A stretch of DNA of 64,000 bases from an uncultured Lachnospiraceae bacterium. GTDB lineage: Bacteria > Bacillota > Clostridia > Lachnospirales > Lachnospiraceae. The number at the start of each line of letters is the position of its first letter. Position 1 is the stretch's first letter. Under the pieces are notes generated by a model that saw only the letters and a list, made by a program, of their open reading frames with translations, did no database searches and was not told the origin of the DNA. The DNA lies in NCBI GenBank assembly GCA_910577115.1, contig CAJTMC010000002.1:33559-97558 (forward strand). The letters run 5' to 3'. Shown in pieces: positions 51,704-62,264 of this stretch. Position numbers and translations under genes: made by a program.

Positions 51704-54700
51704 TTAAATTTCACTAATATCTAATTTTATAACCCTTTCCGCCTCAGATATCAAAAAATTTTTACGAATAAAGTCCTTTCCTCTTTCTGACATCTCCCTT
51801 AATCTGTCAAAATCCTGATAAAGGCTGCATACCAATTCTGCCATTTTAGTACCATTGTCTTCTATCAGCATAGCGCCATCCTCTATGTTTAACCCTTCGG
51901 CTCCAATAGAAGTAGTGACTAACGGTATTTGATAATATCCCGCCTCAACCACTTTTCCCTTTACTCCGGCTCCAAACCGCAAAGGAACTATCGCTATGCG
52001 GCATGTTCGGTATAGTTTCTCTAAGTATTCATCTGTTACAAACCCTTCAATAATAATATTGTCTGATGCCAATTTTTCAATTTCTTTTGTGGCTTTGCCT
52101 CCAACAATGTGCCATTTAATATCCGGAAACCGATTGACAATTATTGGAAATACCTCTTTTGCAAACCAAAGAACAGCATCTATATTAGGCGGGTGTCCGA
52201 AGCCTCCCACGTATAATAAATCCTGTCTTTCACTAAAATTCTTGTTAATATCCATAAGTATTTCATCATAAATATAGAGCGGAATATTACGAATCGGTTT
52301 ATTGGGAAAGGCCTGCTGCATAATAGTCTGTTCATAGGTACCTACAACGTGTCCTACATCAGCTTTTTCAAAAAGTTCATACTCTGTTTTTTTCCAGTTT
52401 TCCGACGATTTTAATTTCTCCGGATCGTTCGTCATTTCATATTCTCTACGTTCTCTGATGTGATGTAAATCATGTGCAAAGTATAATATTTTTGCTCTCG
52501 AATACTGCCTTACCAAATCAATATATTTTATTGCAATATGCGGACGCTGCAAATAGATATAATCAAAGTAATGACTGTTTTCCTTAAGCCATTCCTGCCA
52601 ATTATTATAGTAAAAATTTCCATATAGCACCTCTATGCCCATCTGATTCAGCTCTGTCGTATAAGGCTCATGTTTATAAAAATTATCCCCAATAAAGGTA
52701 ACTTGAAATCCCATCTTAACAAACAGCTTCAAATACATATAAGTGCATTTTCCGCCTGCGTCCTGATCATGATGCGGTACATAATGGTCCACAACAAGAA
52801 TATGCTTCTTATGGATACTTCTGTCTTTTGCTATGAATACATTCTTTCCGTTTTCTTCATGCTCATTCTCTAATATATCTTTCCATTTTTCAAAAAATTT
52901 TTGGTAATTTACCTGTTGGTATTGCTTCTGTCCTCCTTGCAAATCTGTTCCGTTTGAAACACCTTCAAAGTGAACAACAACCGATAATGGCTGATACCTT
53001 ACCTTATATCCATGTTTTCTTACTTCGAACGCCAAATCCGTATCTTCATAATATGCCGGTACAAACCTCTCATCGAAACCTCCGATTTCATTCCATAAAG
53101 ATTTCTTTATCATTATGGCTGCTCCCGAAATATAATCTGCTTCCTTTACATAGTTATACTCAGGATCCTCAGGATTTTTCCTGTTTCCATAATTCCATGC
53201 AGAACCGTCCCTCCACAAAATTCCACCTGCCTCTTGCAGATATCCATCCGGATAAACAAGCTTTGAGCCAACCATTCCTGTCCGGTCATCGCTTTCAATT
53301 AACTGAACCAGTGGATGCAGCCAGTTTTCCTGCACTTGTGTGTCATTATTTAAAAATAAAATATACTTTCCTTTTGCATGTTTTGCCGCATTATTACAAT
53401 TTAGCAAAAACCGCATATTTTTCTTTGTCGTAACTACTTTTATCCCACTAACAATGTCCGTAATATTTTTTGTCAAATCTATCGAACAGTCATTCGCTAT
53501 TATAACTTCATATGCAACATCACCGGAATTTTTCAAAATGGATTTCAGGCAGTTATAGGTATAATGAAATTCATTATATACCGGAATAATAATGGATACC
53601 TCCGGCTTAGGAAATGTTTGAAAAGTAATTTTCTCAAAACTTTCTGTCTTCAATTCCTGCGTATTACTGCCCTGAACAGGCATAATTGAAACTTCCGAAA
53701 CTGCATTACCGCTCAACCCCATTTTCTCAGTTCTTACCGCCGTCTCGAAACCTCGTTTCACCCCTTGCATATCGCCATTTTTCATATATTTTATATAATT
53801 CTTAATGCGGGTAGGATTGATTACATGAAACATAACAATAGGATGCTTGAAAATATTCACAATAATCCTTGTAAAAAATCTTCTTCGGCTGTCAGGTGGC
53901 AATAAAAAATCGCCTGCTTTTTGCATTTTTTTTGTCATTTTATAGGAATGGGTATTTTTTTCACGTTCATAGGAACGTTCCACTTCCAGCAGCAGCTCTA
54001 TATGTCCCTCCTTGTTTTTGACTGTCTGTTCCAATTCCGCAATTCTGTTTTTATAATCTGAAATGTCTTTGTCCTGTTGAACTATTATTTTTTGCTGCTC
54101 AGCATTTTCTGCACTTTGTTTCTCAATTTGCTCTGATTTCTCTATGCTCTGCTGTGCATATTTTTCTATATCCTCTGTCTGCTGTGCAATTTTTTCTGAC
54201 TGGTTTAAAATCGTCTGTAACTGTGTATCATTCTGTTGTTTCTGCGATTCTATCTGCCTGTCTTTTGCTTCAATCTCCGCTTCATAAGCTTCTATTTTAT
54301 GTTTATTCTGCATAATCGCTGAATCCAGATAATCTATATGGCGATTTCTATCATCATTTTCTTTTTGCAGCCTGCGAATGGTATTCCCTCTTTTCTCCAG
54401 CTCGCTATCCAGTTTCTTTATATGCTGATTTCTTGCTTCGTTGTCCTCCTGCAAATTATTGATAATGGTTTTCTGATTTTCCAATTCGGCATTCAAATGC
54501 TTAATATGAGCATTTCTGCTTTCTTCTTCTTTCTGCAATGTCAATATTCTGCTGATATTTTCATCGTACTCATTTAAGTTATCCACATACAATGATGCAA
54601 ACGGAAGCTTATTTAATTTTTCATGAGATGCAATTGCAATATAATACTTTCCTTCATCGTTATATTTCTGTTCCCGACTGTAATAATCTATTATTTCATC

Positions 54701-55288
54701 ACTTCTGTCACAGCTGTCTATCACTGACAATACACGAAACGCCTGATTATAGAGCTGCACATATTGAAACTTTTTACGCAAAAATGATACAAATTCATCA
54801 TGATAGAATTCTTTCATATGAAATTCATTTTTATAATTATGCATATCGGAATAAACTGCCTTATTGGGAGTAGATATAATCAATATGCCATTCGTTTTTA
54901 ATACCCTGTCTATTTCAGCCAAAAATTTATTCTGGATTTCTTCATAAACATGCTCAATTGTCTCAAACGATACAACAACATCAATACTGTGATCCGGCAA
55001 ATCGAGCTTCTCAATACTTCCCACTCTAAAGCTTAGATTGCCTTTGCCTTCATATAACTTACGCGCTCTGCTTACAGCGTCCTTATCAATATCTACTGCG
55101 ATTACTTCTCTGGCTGTCTCTGCCAATATATTACTTCCGTAACCTTCGCCACATGCAGCATCAAGAACACATTTTCCCTCTGCCAGCTTACGCACACTCA
55201 AATATCTTTGATAATGTTCTATTTCAAGTTTTCTGTCATGTATACCCGGAACAAATCGTTCTCCGGTAAAGATTTCTTCACTTTTCAT
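51704..55288 (-). CDS. Multidomain methyltransferase - coiled coil - GT2 - GT4 glycan polymerase/terminator
   Basis: TGERFVP, LDAACGEGYG, SFETIEH; long heptad region; SIIIPVYN, FLNNDT, YYEDTD; HPPNIDA, GAGVKGKVVEA. Confidence 0.88.
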   Translation of the reverse strand: MKSEEIFTGERFVPGIHDRKLEIEHYQRYLSVRKLAEGKCVLDAACGEGYGSNILAETAREVIAVDIDKDAVSRARKLYEGKGNLSFRVGSIEKLDLPDHSIDVVVSFETIEHVYEEIQNKFLAEIDRVLKTNGILIISTPNKAVYSDMHNYKNEFHMKEFYHDEFVSFLRKKFQYVQLYNQAFRVLSVIDSCDRSDEIIDYYSREQKYNDEGKYYIAIASHEKLNKLPFASLYVDNLNEYDENISRILTLQKEEESRNAHIKHLNAELENQKTIINNLQEDNEARNQHIKKLDSELEKRGNTIRRLQKENDDRNRHIDYLDSAIMQNKHKIEAYEAEIEAKDRQIESQKQQNDTQLQTILNQSEKIAQQTEDIEKYAQQSIEKSEQIEKQSAENAEQQKIIVQQDKDISDYKNRIAELEQTVKNKEGHIELLLEVERSYEREKNTHSYKMTKKMQKAGDFLLPPDSRRRFFTRIIVNIFKHPIVMFHVINPTRIKNYIKYMKNGDMQGVKRGFETAVRTEKMGLSGNAVSEVSIMPVQGSNTQELKTESFEKITFQTFPKPEVSIIIPVYNEFHYTYNCLKSILKNSGDVAYEVIIANDCSIDLTKNITDIVSGIKVVTTKKNMRFLLNCNNAAKHAKGKYILFLNNDTQVQENWLHPLVQLIESDDRTGMVGSKLVYPDGYLQEAGGILWRDGSAWNYGNRKNPEDPEYNYVKEADYISGAAIMIKKSLWNEIGGFDERFVPAYYEDTDLAFEVRKHGYKVRYQPLSVVVHFEGVSNGTDLQGGQKQYQQVNYQKFFEKWKDILENEHEENGKNVFIAKDRSIHKKHILVVDHYVPHHDQDAGGKCTYMYLKLFVKMGFQVTFIGDNFYKHEPYTTELNQMGIEVLYGNFYYNNWQEWLKENSHYFDYIYLQRPHIAIKYIDLVRQYSRAKILYFAHDLHHIRERREYEMTNDPEKLKSSENWKKTEYELFEKADVGHVVGTYEQTIMQQAFPNKPIRNIPLYIYDEILMDINKNFSERQDLLYVGGFGHPPNIDAVLWFAKEVFPIIVNRFPDIKWHIVGGKATKEIEKLASDNIIIEGFVTDEYLEKLYRTCRIAIVPLRFGAGVKGKVVEAGYYQIPLVTTSIGAEGLNIEDGAMLIEDNGTKMAELVCSLYQDFDRLREMSERGKDFIRKNFLISEAERVIKLDISEI

Positions 55289-55304
55289 GCTTTCCCTCTT
55301 CAAA

Positions 55305-56621
55305 TTAATACAATATGATATCCTTTTCGTCATGCTGCACAAAACCAGCCTTTGTGTCTAATTCAATCAACGATAAATTATATCCTTGATTATCTACATC
55401 AATCTTCATACCATTGTGGATTCTGTGAAGCACAATATGATTCTCCTGACTTCCTGCTGCCAGTGAAGGACTTATCAGATACTCCGTAGCACATATTCGC
55501 GGCAGTTTAATCTCAAAAGATACCTCATACAATTCTCCTGCATTAACATGTGACACCACTTCATTTGTCAGGAAGTTATTGATAGAAAACAGCTTAGCTC
55601 CCTTTGTATTTTCCATTTCAAATCCGAATAATACATTATCAACATTCTCATAAAACTTCGTTAATAATCCAAAATAATATGTCTTTTCGGTTTCCAAAAC
55701 CACAACATCATTCTTCTGTTCATCTCTAATATAAAAAGATAGTATTTCCCCTGCTTTTGTCCCTGACTCACCGTCAGCCTTTTCTATGTCAATTCTTTTA
55801 AAGCTGCATTCTTCGCTTACTTGAATTGTCTTTTCTTTCTTTATATTATCCAATACCAACTGCTCAACCAACTGTTTTTTCTTTTTATTTTGCTCTGCAA
55901 TCTGCATACCAAGATATTTTTCACATACTTCTTTTGCTTCGCCTATTTCTCTGACGTTTCCGCGATCTAACCACACAGCCCTTGAACAAAGCTTTTTCAC
56001 TGACACAATATCATGTGACACAAACAAAATCGTCGTACCTGCCGCTTTGATTGCTTCCAATTTGTTAAAGCATTTTGCTTGGAAAAAAGCATCTCCTACT
56101 GCCAATGCTTCATCAATAATCAATATTTCCGGTTCTACATTGATTGCAAGTGCAAACGCCAGCCGAACCAGCATACCACTGGAATATGTTTTCACAGGCT
56201 GATGCACAAAGTCACCAATATCGGCAAATTCCAATATTTCTTCTTTCTTGAGATCCATTTCCTTCCTCGAAAAGCCAAGAACCGCTCCGTTCATATAAAT
56301 ATTCTCCACACCGGAATATTCCATATCAAATCCCGCCCCAAGCTCAAGCAATGCAGATACTTTTCCGTTAACAGCAATTGTACCTTCCGATGGCTGTATA
56401 ACACCTGTTATAATTTTAAGGATTGTTGACTTGCCGGAACCGTTTGTCCCTATAATTCCAACGGTTTCTCCTTTCTCTACCTGAAACGATACATTCTTTA
56501 AGGCGTAAAAAGGTGTAGAATACTGCTTATGAAACGGGTGAATGGCCTCTTTAAAACGGTCAATTGGATCTTTATATAGTTTATATATTTTTGTTACATC
56601 ATTTACTTCAATCACGCTCAT
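55305..56621 (-). CDS. wzt: Polysaccharide ABC exporter ATPase with C-terminal Wzt_C-like domain
   Basis: GTNGSGKST, YSSGM, IDEALAVGD, beta-rich C-terminal extension. Confidence 0.92.
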   Translation of the reverse strand: MSVIEVNDVTKIYKLYKDPIDRFKEAIHPFHKQYSTPFYALKNVSFQVEKGETVGIIGTNGSGKSTILKIITGVIQPSEGTIAVNGKVSALLELGAGFDMEYSGVENIYMNGAVLGFSRKEMDLKKEEILEFADIGDFVHQPVKTYSSGMLVRLAFALAINVEPEILIIDEALAVGDAFFQAKCFNKLEAIKAAGTTILFVSHDIVSVKKLCSRAVWLDRGNVREIGEAKEVCEKYLGMQIAEQNKKKKQLVEQLVLDNIKKEKTIQVSEECSFKRIDIEKADGESGTKAGEILSFYIRDEQKNDVVVLETEKTYYFGLLTKFYENVDNVLFGFEMENTKGAKLFSINNFLTNEVVSHVNAGELYEVSFEIKLPRICATEYLISPSLAAGSQENHIVLHRIHNGMKIDVDNQGYNLSLIELDTKAGFVQHDEKDIILY

Positions 56622-56630
56622 AATCTGCTC

Positions 56631-57431
56631 CTATAACACATCAGCAAAATGCGGCTTTAACTTTCTAAACAATCCTGCTCCGATTGCAAATATCACTACC
56701 GATATGCACCAAAAATAGATGCTGACCTCTCCGCGCTGCCAAAATCCCACATGCCTGATAAAACAGTCCCTATACCCCTCAACAACATAATAAAACGGAT
56801 TTAATTTTAGTATCCAGCGCAGATTCTCAGGCATCATTGTTTCCGACCACATGATTGGCGCCAGCCACATTCCAACCTGCAAAAATACTTGTACCAATTG
56901 TCCCATATCCTTAAAAAAAACATTCGCTGATGCAGTAATATATGACAGCCCTAATGATAAAAATGCTGTACAAAATGAATAGTATAGGATCTGACTCCAC
57001 CATATTGACGGATTTTCACCAAATAACAGATATACCACAAGCATAATCAATATAAATATCAAATGGACAAAAAAGGAAGCCGTAATTTTAATAATTGGCA
57101 GTATACTTACTTTAAACACCATTTTCTTGACTAAGTGTGAATATTCGTATAAACAATTTGTTGCCCCTCCCCACGATTCATTAAAGAAAAACCAAGGTAC
57201 AATTCCAGGTATAAGCCATAAAACATATGGCACATCTGATACCGGTTGTGATTTAAATCCCATCTGAAATACAAAAAAATAAATCAGCACTGTTATAATC
57301 GGCTGAATAAACATCCAAAAAATTCCCAAAAATGACCCTACAAATTTCTTCTTAAAATCTGCCAATGCCAATGTAAAAATTAGTTCTCTCTTTCCCCATA
57401 TGTCTTTAAAATCCTTCACCCAATGTAACAT
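56631..57431 (-). CDS. wzm: Polysaccharide ABC exporter permease
   Basis: GSFLGIFWMFIQP, LVKKMVF, LNPFYYVVEGYR, FADVL. Confidence 0.92.
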   Translation of the reverse strand: MLHWVKDFKDIWGKRELIFTLALADFKKKFVGSFLGIFWMFIQPIITVLIYFFVFQMGFKSQPVSDVPYVLWLIPGIVPWFFFNESWGGATNCLYEYSHLVKKMVFKVSILPIIKITASFFVHLIFILIMLVVYLLFGENPSIWWSQILYYSFCTAFLSLGLSYITASANVFFKDMGQLVQVFLQVGMWLAPIMWSETMMPENLRWILKLNPFYYVVEGYRDCFIRHVGFWQRGEVSIYFWCISVVIFAIGAGLFRKLKPHFADVL

Positions 57432-57783
57432 TAAATACTTCGCCTCTACAAATAACTTTTTTGATACAATTTATTCTATTATGAACTTAAAATACCTATG
57501 ACTGTATAAATGCATAGGTATTATAGCATAGTTTTTTTTGGATTACACTAATTATTATTTTTTTTATTGCCTTTTCTTAATAAGCAAGAATTACGTTTGT
57601 ATTTTTAGGTAGTTTTTACTAATATCAAGCTTCCTCCTAAATACAAAACGCCGCATACAACGACACCGCATAGATATTCCCATCCGTCCCAAAATTTCTT
57701 TCCGACAGTCTTACTGCCTTCTCCGGTTGATATAATTTGATAAAATGTTTATATACCATATCCTTTTGCTCATATCACATACA

Positions 57784-58593
57784 TTAGTTCCATAACGCCT
57801 TCCACACATACATCCCTCTATGCATCCAATGCCCCACAAGCAGCCTGAAATACGCCCCATAAAACTTATTTTCCCTAAAAAAACGCAATCTCGCCCTCTG
57901 CGCCTCCAAATCTCCTTTTGCCGCCTCCTTCGTGCAGGCTCTGCTGATACTCGCCTCCCGCCTGCGGTAATAATACAGCTTTTTATCGGTAACCGCTATC
58001 GTTTCCGCATTGGCGGCAAGCAGATGGCTTGTATAAACATCTTCATGCGTTTTGCCCTCAGGGAATATATTGCCTCCTTTAAAATCCGCAAAAATCTGAC
58101 GATTGTAAAGCTTGTTCCATACCACAGTTTCTATCTTTTTACGTCTGCCATGCCATTCTTTCAACATTTTTCCTGAAGTTATTACATAGCTTTCCGCATT
58201 CGCATGATCTCCCGCCTCCGGCTCACGCAGCACACGCGTATAAGCACAGGCAGCAATCTGTGCATTATTTTTCGTTATCAATCGATAAAGTTCTTCAATA
58301 TAAGTATCAAAAGTGATATCATCCGCGTCAACAAAAGCAATATATTTGCCATTTGACGCCTCATAACCTATGTTGCGTGCTTCCGACAACCCTCTGTTCC
58401 TTTGATGAATGACTTTAATACGCCTATCCTTTAAGGCATAATCATCACATAAAGCAGGACAGCCATCCGCAGAACCGTCGTCCACTAAAATAATTTCCAA
58501 ATGCCGATAGGTCTGCGAACAAACAGAATCTACGCATTCGCACATATATTCTTCCACATTATAAACCGGTACGATTACGCTTATTAAATCCAC
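57784..58593 (-). CDS. GT2 glycosyltransferase
   Basis: SVIVPVYNVE, VDDGS, FVDADD, WNKLY, HED. Confidence 0.92.
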   Translation of the reverse strand: MDLISVIVPVYNVEEYMCECVDSVCSQTYRHLEIILVDDGSADGCPALCDDYALKDRRIKVIHQRNRGLSEARNIGYEASNGKYIAFVDADDITFDTYIEELYRLITKNNAQIAACAYTRVLREPEAGDHANAESYVITSGKMLKEWHGRRKKIETVVWNKLYNRQIFADFKGGNIFPEGKTHEDVYTSHLLAANAETIAVTDKKLYYYRRREASISRACTKEAAKGDLEAQRARLRFFRENKFYGAYFRLLVGHWMHRGMYVWKALWN

Positions 58594-59714
58594 CGCTCCA
58601 CAACCTCTCCCATTCTTTCCCAGGAAAACCGATATGCCTCATCTGCTATATTCTTAGAAAACTCTTTTTCTTTATTTTCGGCAAAATATTTTATCACCGC
58701 TGCTGCGAGCGCCGTCTTATCCTGCGGCGGAACAACATAACCAGTCCGGTTATGACTTACCACGTCAGGCAGTCCCCCGACATCTGTGACAATAACAGGT
58801 TTCCTAAATCCGTAAGCAATCTGGACAATCCCGCTTTGTGTAGCGCTCTCATAAGGAAGGACAACCATATCGCATGCGGCAAAATATTTCTCCACTTCGC
58901 GGTCAGGTGTGTATCCGTCCTTTATGATAACCGAAGTTCCCAATGTGAGATTAAGCTCCTTAATTTGATCGATATAACATTTCTTGTCTTCAGCACCGGA
59001 AAATTCTCCAACAATCAAAAGCGTTACGTCTCCCAAGCGTTCCCTTATTTCCGGCATTGCATGAACCAAATATTTCAAACCTTTATAAGGACGCACAAAT
59101 CCAAAAAACAAAAGTACCTTCTTATTGGGGGACAGTCCGAGTGTTTCCCTTGCCTTTTCTTTCGTCATATGTTCAAAGCAAAAAGCATTATAAGAAGGAT
59201 GCGGCGTCACCTGACAGTCAGGATTTTGCACAATCTGTTTTAATTCCGCTTCCTCTTGTCCGGCATGCAAAATAAAATGCTTTCCGTTTTTGAGCACAAG
59301 CCTTGTTAATATTTTATCAAGCAAAAAACGTTCATGCGGAAACACATTATGACAAACATAAGTCAAATTCTGTTTCCCCATAAATTTAGCAAGCAGCCAA
59401 TAACATGGTGCAAAGTATGGATGCCACCACTGTATCAACACCATATCCGGCTTCTTTTTCCTGATATATTTTGCTGTTTTGATGATGTTCAACGGGTTCG
59501 CCGTATTTATCAGGAAATTTGTTCCGTCTATCTTAAAGCTGTCGTTTTTATAGTCGCGCTGTTCTTTTTTAAACAAAAATTTGGGATACTGCATCTTATA
59601 CGAAAGCATCTCCACATCGTATTTTTTAGAAAGCTCCCGATACATTAAGCCCGTATAGTGTGCAATCCCGCCCCGATATGGATACACAGGGCCAATTAAT
59701 ATTATTTTTTTCAT
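58584..59714 (-). CDS. GT4 glycosyltransferase
   Basis: YRGGIA, FGFVRPYKG, PYESATQSG, DVGGLPD. Confidence 0.92.
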   Translation of the reverse strand: MKKIILIGPVYPYRGGIAHYTGLMYRELSKKYDVEMLSYKMQYPKFLFKKEQRDYKNDSFKIDGTNFLINTANPLNIIKTAKYIRKKKPDMVLIQWWHPYFAPCYWLLAKFMGKQNLTYVCHNVFPHERFLLDKILTRLVLKNGKHFILHAGQEEAELKQIVQNPDCQVTPHPSYNAFCFEHMTKEKARETLGLSPNKKVLLFFGFVRPYKGLKYLVHAMPEIRERLGDVTLLIVGEFSGAEDKKCYIDQIKELNLTLGTSVIIKDGYTPDREVEKYFAACDMVVLPYESATQSGIVQIAYGFRKPVIVTDVGGLPDVVSHNRTGYVVPPQDKTALAAAVIKYFAENKEKEFSKNIADEAYRFSWERMGEVVERWI

Positions 59715-59935
59715 AATTCTCCAAAGCCAAATACAAATTCAAATTCACGCAATCATCCAACGGCATCATTCTACCACAAGTAATTGTGTGTTTCCACTGA
59801 ATATTGATGAAATTCTTTCAGAACATACAATTATCTGTTTATTTTACTTGATAAGATTACCAATAAAGCCTTATACTATAAATACATGCCGGTTGCAATA
59901 TTTGCAAACCATCAGGAAAGGAAGGTTTTTTTACC

Positions 59936-61252
59936 ATGAATATTGTTTTGTTATCAGGCGGTTCCGGACAGCGCCTTTGGCCCTTGTCCAATGATATCCG
60001 TTCGAAGCAGTTTATCAAAATATTTCACACCGAAAACGGCGAATTAGAGTCAATGGTGCAGCGCGTATATCGTCAAATTAAAACGGTGGACAAAGAGGCA
60101 ACCGTAACCATTGCCACCTCTAAGTCGCAAGTTTCCTCAATCCATAATCAACTAGGCGAAGACGCAGGCATCAGCATTGAACCCTGCCGAAGAGACACGT
60201 TCCCCGCAATTGCGCTTGCAGCAGCATACTTAAAAGATGTCAAGGGCGTAGACGAAAAGGAGTCCGTTGTTGTGTGTCCGGTCGATCCGTATGTAGAAAA
60301 TGACTATTTTGAAGCAATCCGCGCGCTTGGAAAACGCGCAGAATCGAGTGAAGCCAATCTCGTTTTAATGGGAATCGAGCCAACCTACCCAAGTGAAAAA
60401 TACGGATATATTATTCCGCAAGCCAATACGGACGTCAGCAAGGTTTCTATGTTTAAAGAAAAACCGACACAGGAGCTTGCATCAGAATATATTGCGAACG
60501 GCGCTCTTTGGAACGGCGGCGTTTTTGCATTCCGGCTGGGCTATGTGTTAAAGCGTGCCCATGAGTTAATTGATTTTACAGACTACAATGATTTATTTGC
60601 AAAATACGACACACTGACAAAAATCAGCTTTGATTACGCCGTTGTGGAGCATGAAGCTTTCATCGAAGTAATGCGTTTTTCCGGCACATGGAAAGATCTT
60701 GGCACATGGAACACACTGACAGAGGCAATGGACAGCAACAGTGTCGGCGAAGCGCTGTTTAACGAAACATGCGAAAATGTTCATGTTATAAACGAGCTTG
60801 ACGTTCCCATTATCTGTATGGGGCTGAAAGATGTTGTCGTTTCTGCAAGTCCGGAAGGAATCCTTGTTTCCGACAAAGAGCAGTCGAGCTATATCAAACC
60901 GCTGGTAAATACGTTGGAGCAAAAAATCATGTTTGCGGAAAAATCATGGGGAAGCTTCCGCGTTTTGGACATGGAAGAAGAGAGCGTGACGATCAAAGTA
61001 ACGCTTCACCCGGGGCACAAAATGAACTACCACAGCCACGATTACAGAGACGAAGTATGGACTGTAATTTCAGGCGAGGGCAGAACCATCGTGGACGGCA
61101 TGGAACAGAAAGTCAAAGCAGGAGATGTCGTCACAATGGCGGCAGGATGTCGTCACACAATTATTGCAGATACGGAGCTTCAGGTAATAGAAGTACAGCT
61201 TGGCAAGGAGATCAGCGTTCATGACAAACACAAATATGAACTCGAAAGCTAA
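59936..61252 (+). CDS. manC: Mannose-1-phosphate guanylyltransferase with C-terminal cupin
   Basis: LSGGSGQRLWPLS, KQF, YGYI, FKEKP, ISFDYAV, WKDLGTW. Confidence 0.9.
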   Translation: MNIVLLSGGSGQRLWPLSNDIRSKQFIKIFHTENGELESMVQRVYRQIKTVDKEATVTIATSKSQVSSIHNQLGEDAGISIEPCRRDTFPAIALAAAYLKDVKGVDEKESVVVCPVDPYVENDYFEAIRALGKRAESSEANLVLMGIEPTYPSEKYGYIIPQANTDVSKVSMFKEKPTQELASEYIANGALWNGGVFAFRLGYVLKRAHELIDFTDYNDLFAKYDTLTKISFDYAVVEHEAFIEVMRFSGTWKDLGTWNTLTEAMDSNSVGEALFNETCENVHVINELDVPIICMGLKDVVVSASPEGILVSDKEQSSYIKPLVNTLEQKIMFAEKSWGSFRVLDMEEESVTIKVTLHPGHKMNYHSHDYRDEVWTVISGEGRTIVDGMEQKVKAGDVVTMAAGCRHTIIADTELQVIEVQLGKEISVHDKHKYELES

Positions 61253-62228
61253 ACCGTTTTTATTAAAACCCGCAGGAAAAGATTATCTTTGGGGCGGCAG
61301 CCGCCTCAACGATGACTTTTCAAAAGGCATTGATTTAGAGCCTTTGGCGGAAACGTGGGAGTGCTCCACACATCCGGACGGGCCAAGCACTGTTGCAAGC
61401 GGCGAATTTAGCGGAAGGCTTTTGTCCGATGTCATCAAAGAGCATCCTGAATTTCTGGGCACCCATCCCGAATCCAAAGAAGAATTGCCTATATTGATTA
61501 AATTTATTGATGCAAAGAAAGATTTATCGGTTCAGGTGCATCCTGACGATACCTACGCGCTGGAGCAGGAAAACGGGCAAAAAGGCAAGACAGAAATGTG
61601 GTACGTTCTAGATGCCTCTAAAGATGCGCAGCTTATTTACGGCTTTACCCATAACATCAATCCCAATACCTTAAAGAAAAGTTTATGCGAAGGCAATGTA
61701 GAAAAGTATCTCCAAAAAGTCCCCGTTCATAAAGACGATGTATTCTTTATTGAGCCGGGAACCGTACACGCTATCGGTGCAGGCACGTTGGTTGCCGAAA
61801 TTCAGGAGAGTTCCAATCTCACCTATCGTATGTATGATTATAATCGTACCGATAAATACGGAAACATGCGTGAACTGCACATTGAGAAAGCGATGGACGT
61901 GGTAAACACGAAAAGAAGCGCCGCACCAAGACAACAAATCCGCGTCCTGAAATATGTTCCCGGAAGTGCAACTGAGTTTATCTGCCGTTGCAAGTATTTT
62001 CAAGTTGAGCGTATGTTGATTAACACAGAACGCTGCCGCGATTTAGTACACTTTCAGACAGACAGCACGTCCTTTCAGGTTCTTCTGTGTATAAGCGGCT
62101 GTGGCGTTTTGCTTGAGGAGAACGCCGCGGCGCTGCATTTCTTCCGGGGAGATTGTATCTTTATTCCCGCAGATTCTGAGACAATACGGCTTCATGGGAA
62201 AGCACAATTTTTAAAGGTGCGGTGTTAA
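61221..62228 (+). CDS. manA: Type I mannose-6-phosphate isomerase
   Basis: YLWGG, LSVQVHPDD, GKTEMW, GTVHAIG, EIQESS; start at 61221 or 61236. Confidence 0.92.
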   Translation: MTNTNMNSKAKPFLLKPAGKDYLWGGSRLNDDFSKGIDLEPLAETWECSTHPDGPSTVASGEFSGRLLSDVIKEHPEFLGTHPESKEELPILIKFIDAKKDLSVQVHPDDTYALEQENGQKGKTEMWYVLDASKDAQLIYGFTHNINPNTLKKSLCEGNVEKYLQKVPVHKDDVFFIEPGTVHAIGAGTLVAEIQESSNLTYRMYDYNRTDKYGNMRELHIEKAMDVVNTKRSAAPRQQIRVLKYVPGSATEFICRCKYFQVERMLINTERCRDLVHFQTDSTSFQVLLCISGCGVLLEENAAALHFFRGDCIFIPADSETIRLHGKAQFLKVRC

Positions 62229-62264
62229 CCGCACCTTTCTTACAGAAACGTTGCCATTGTTATT

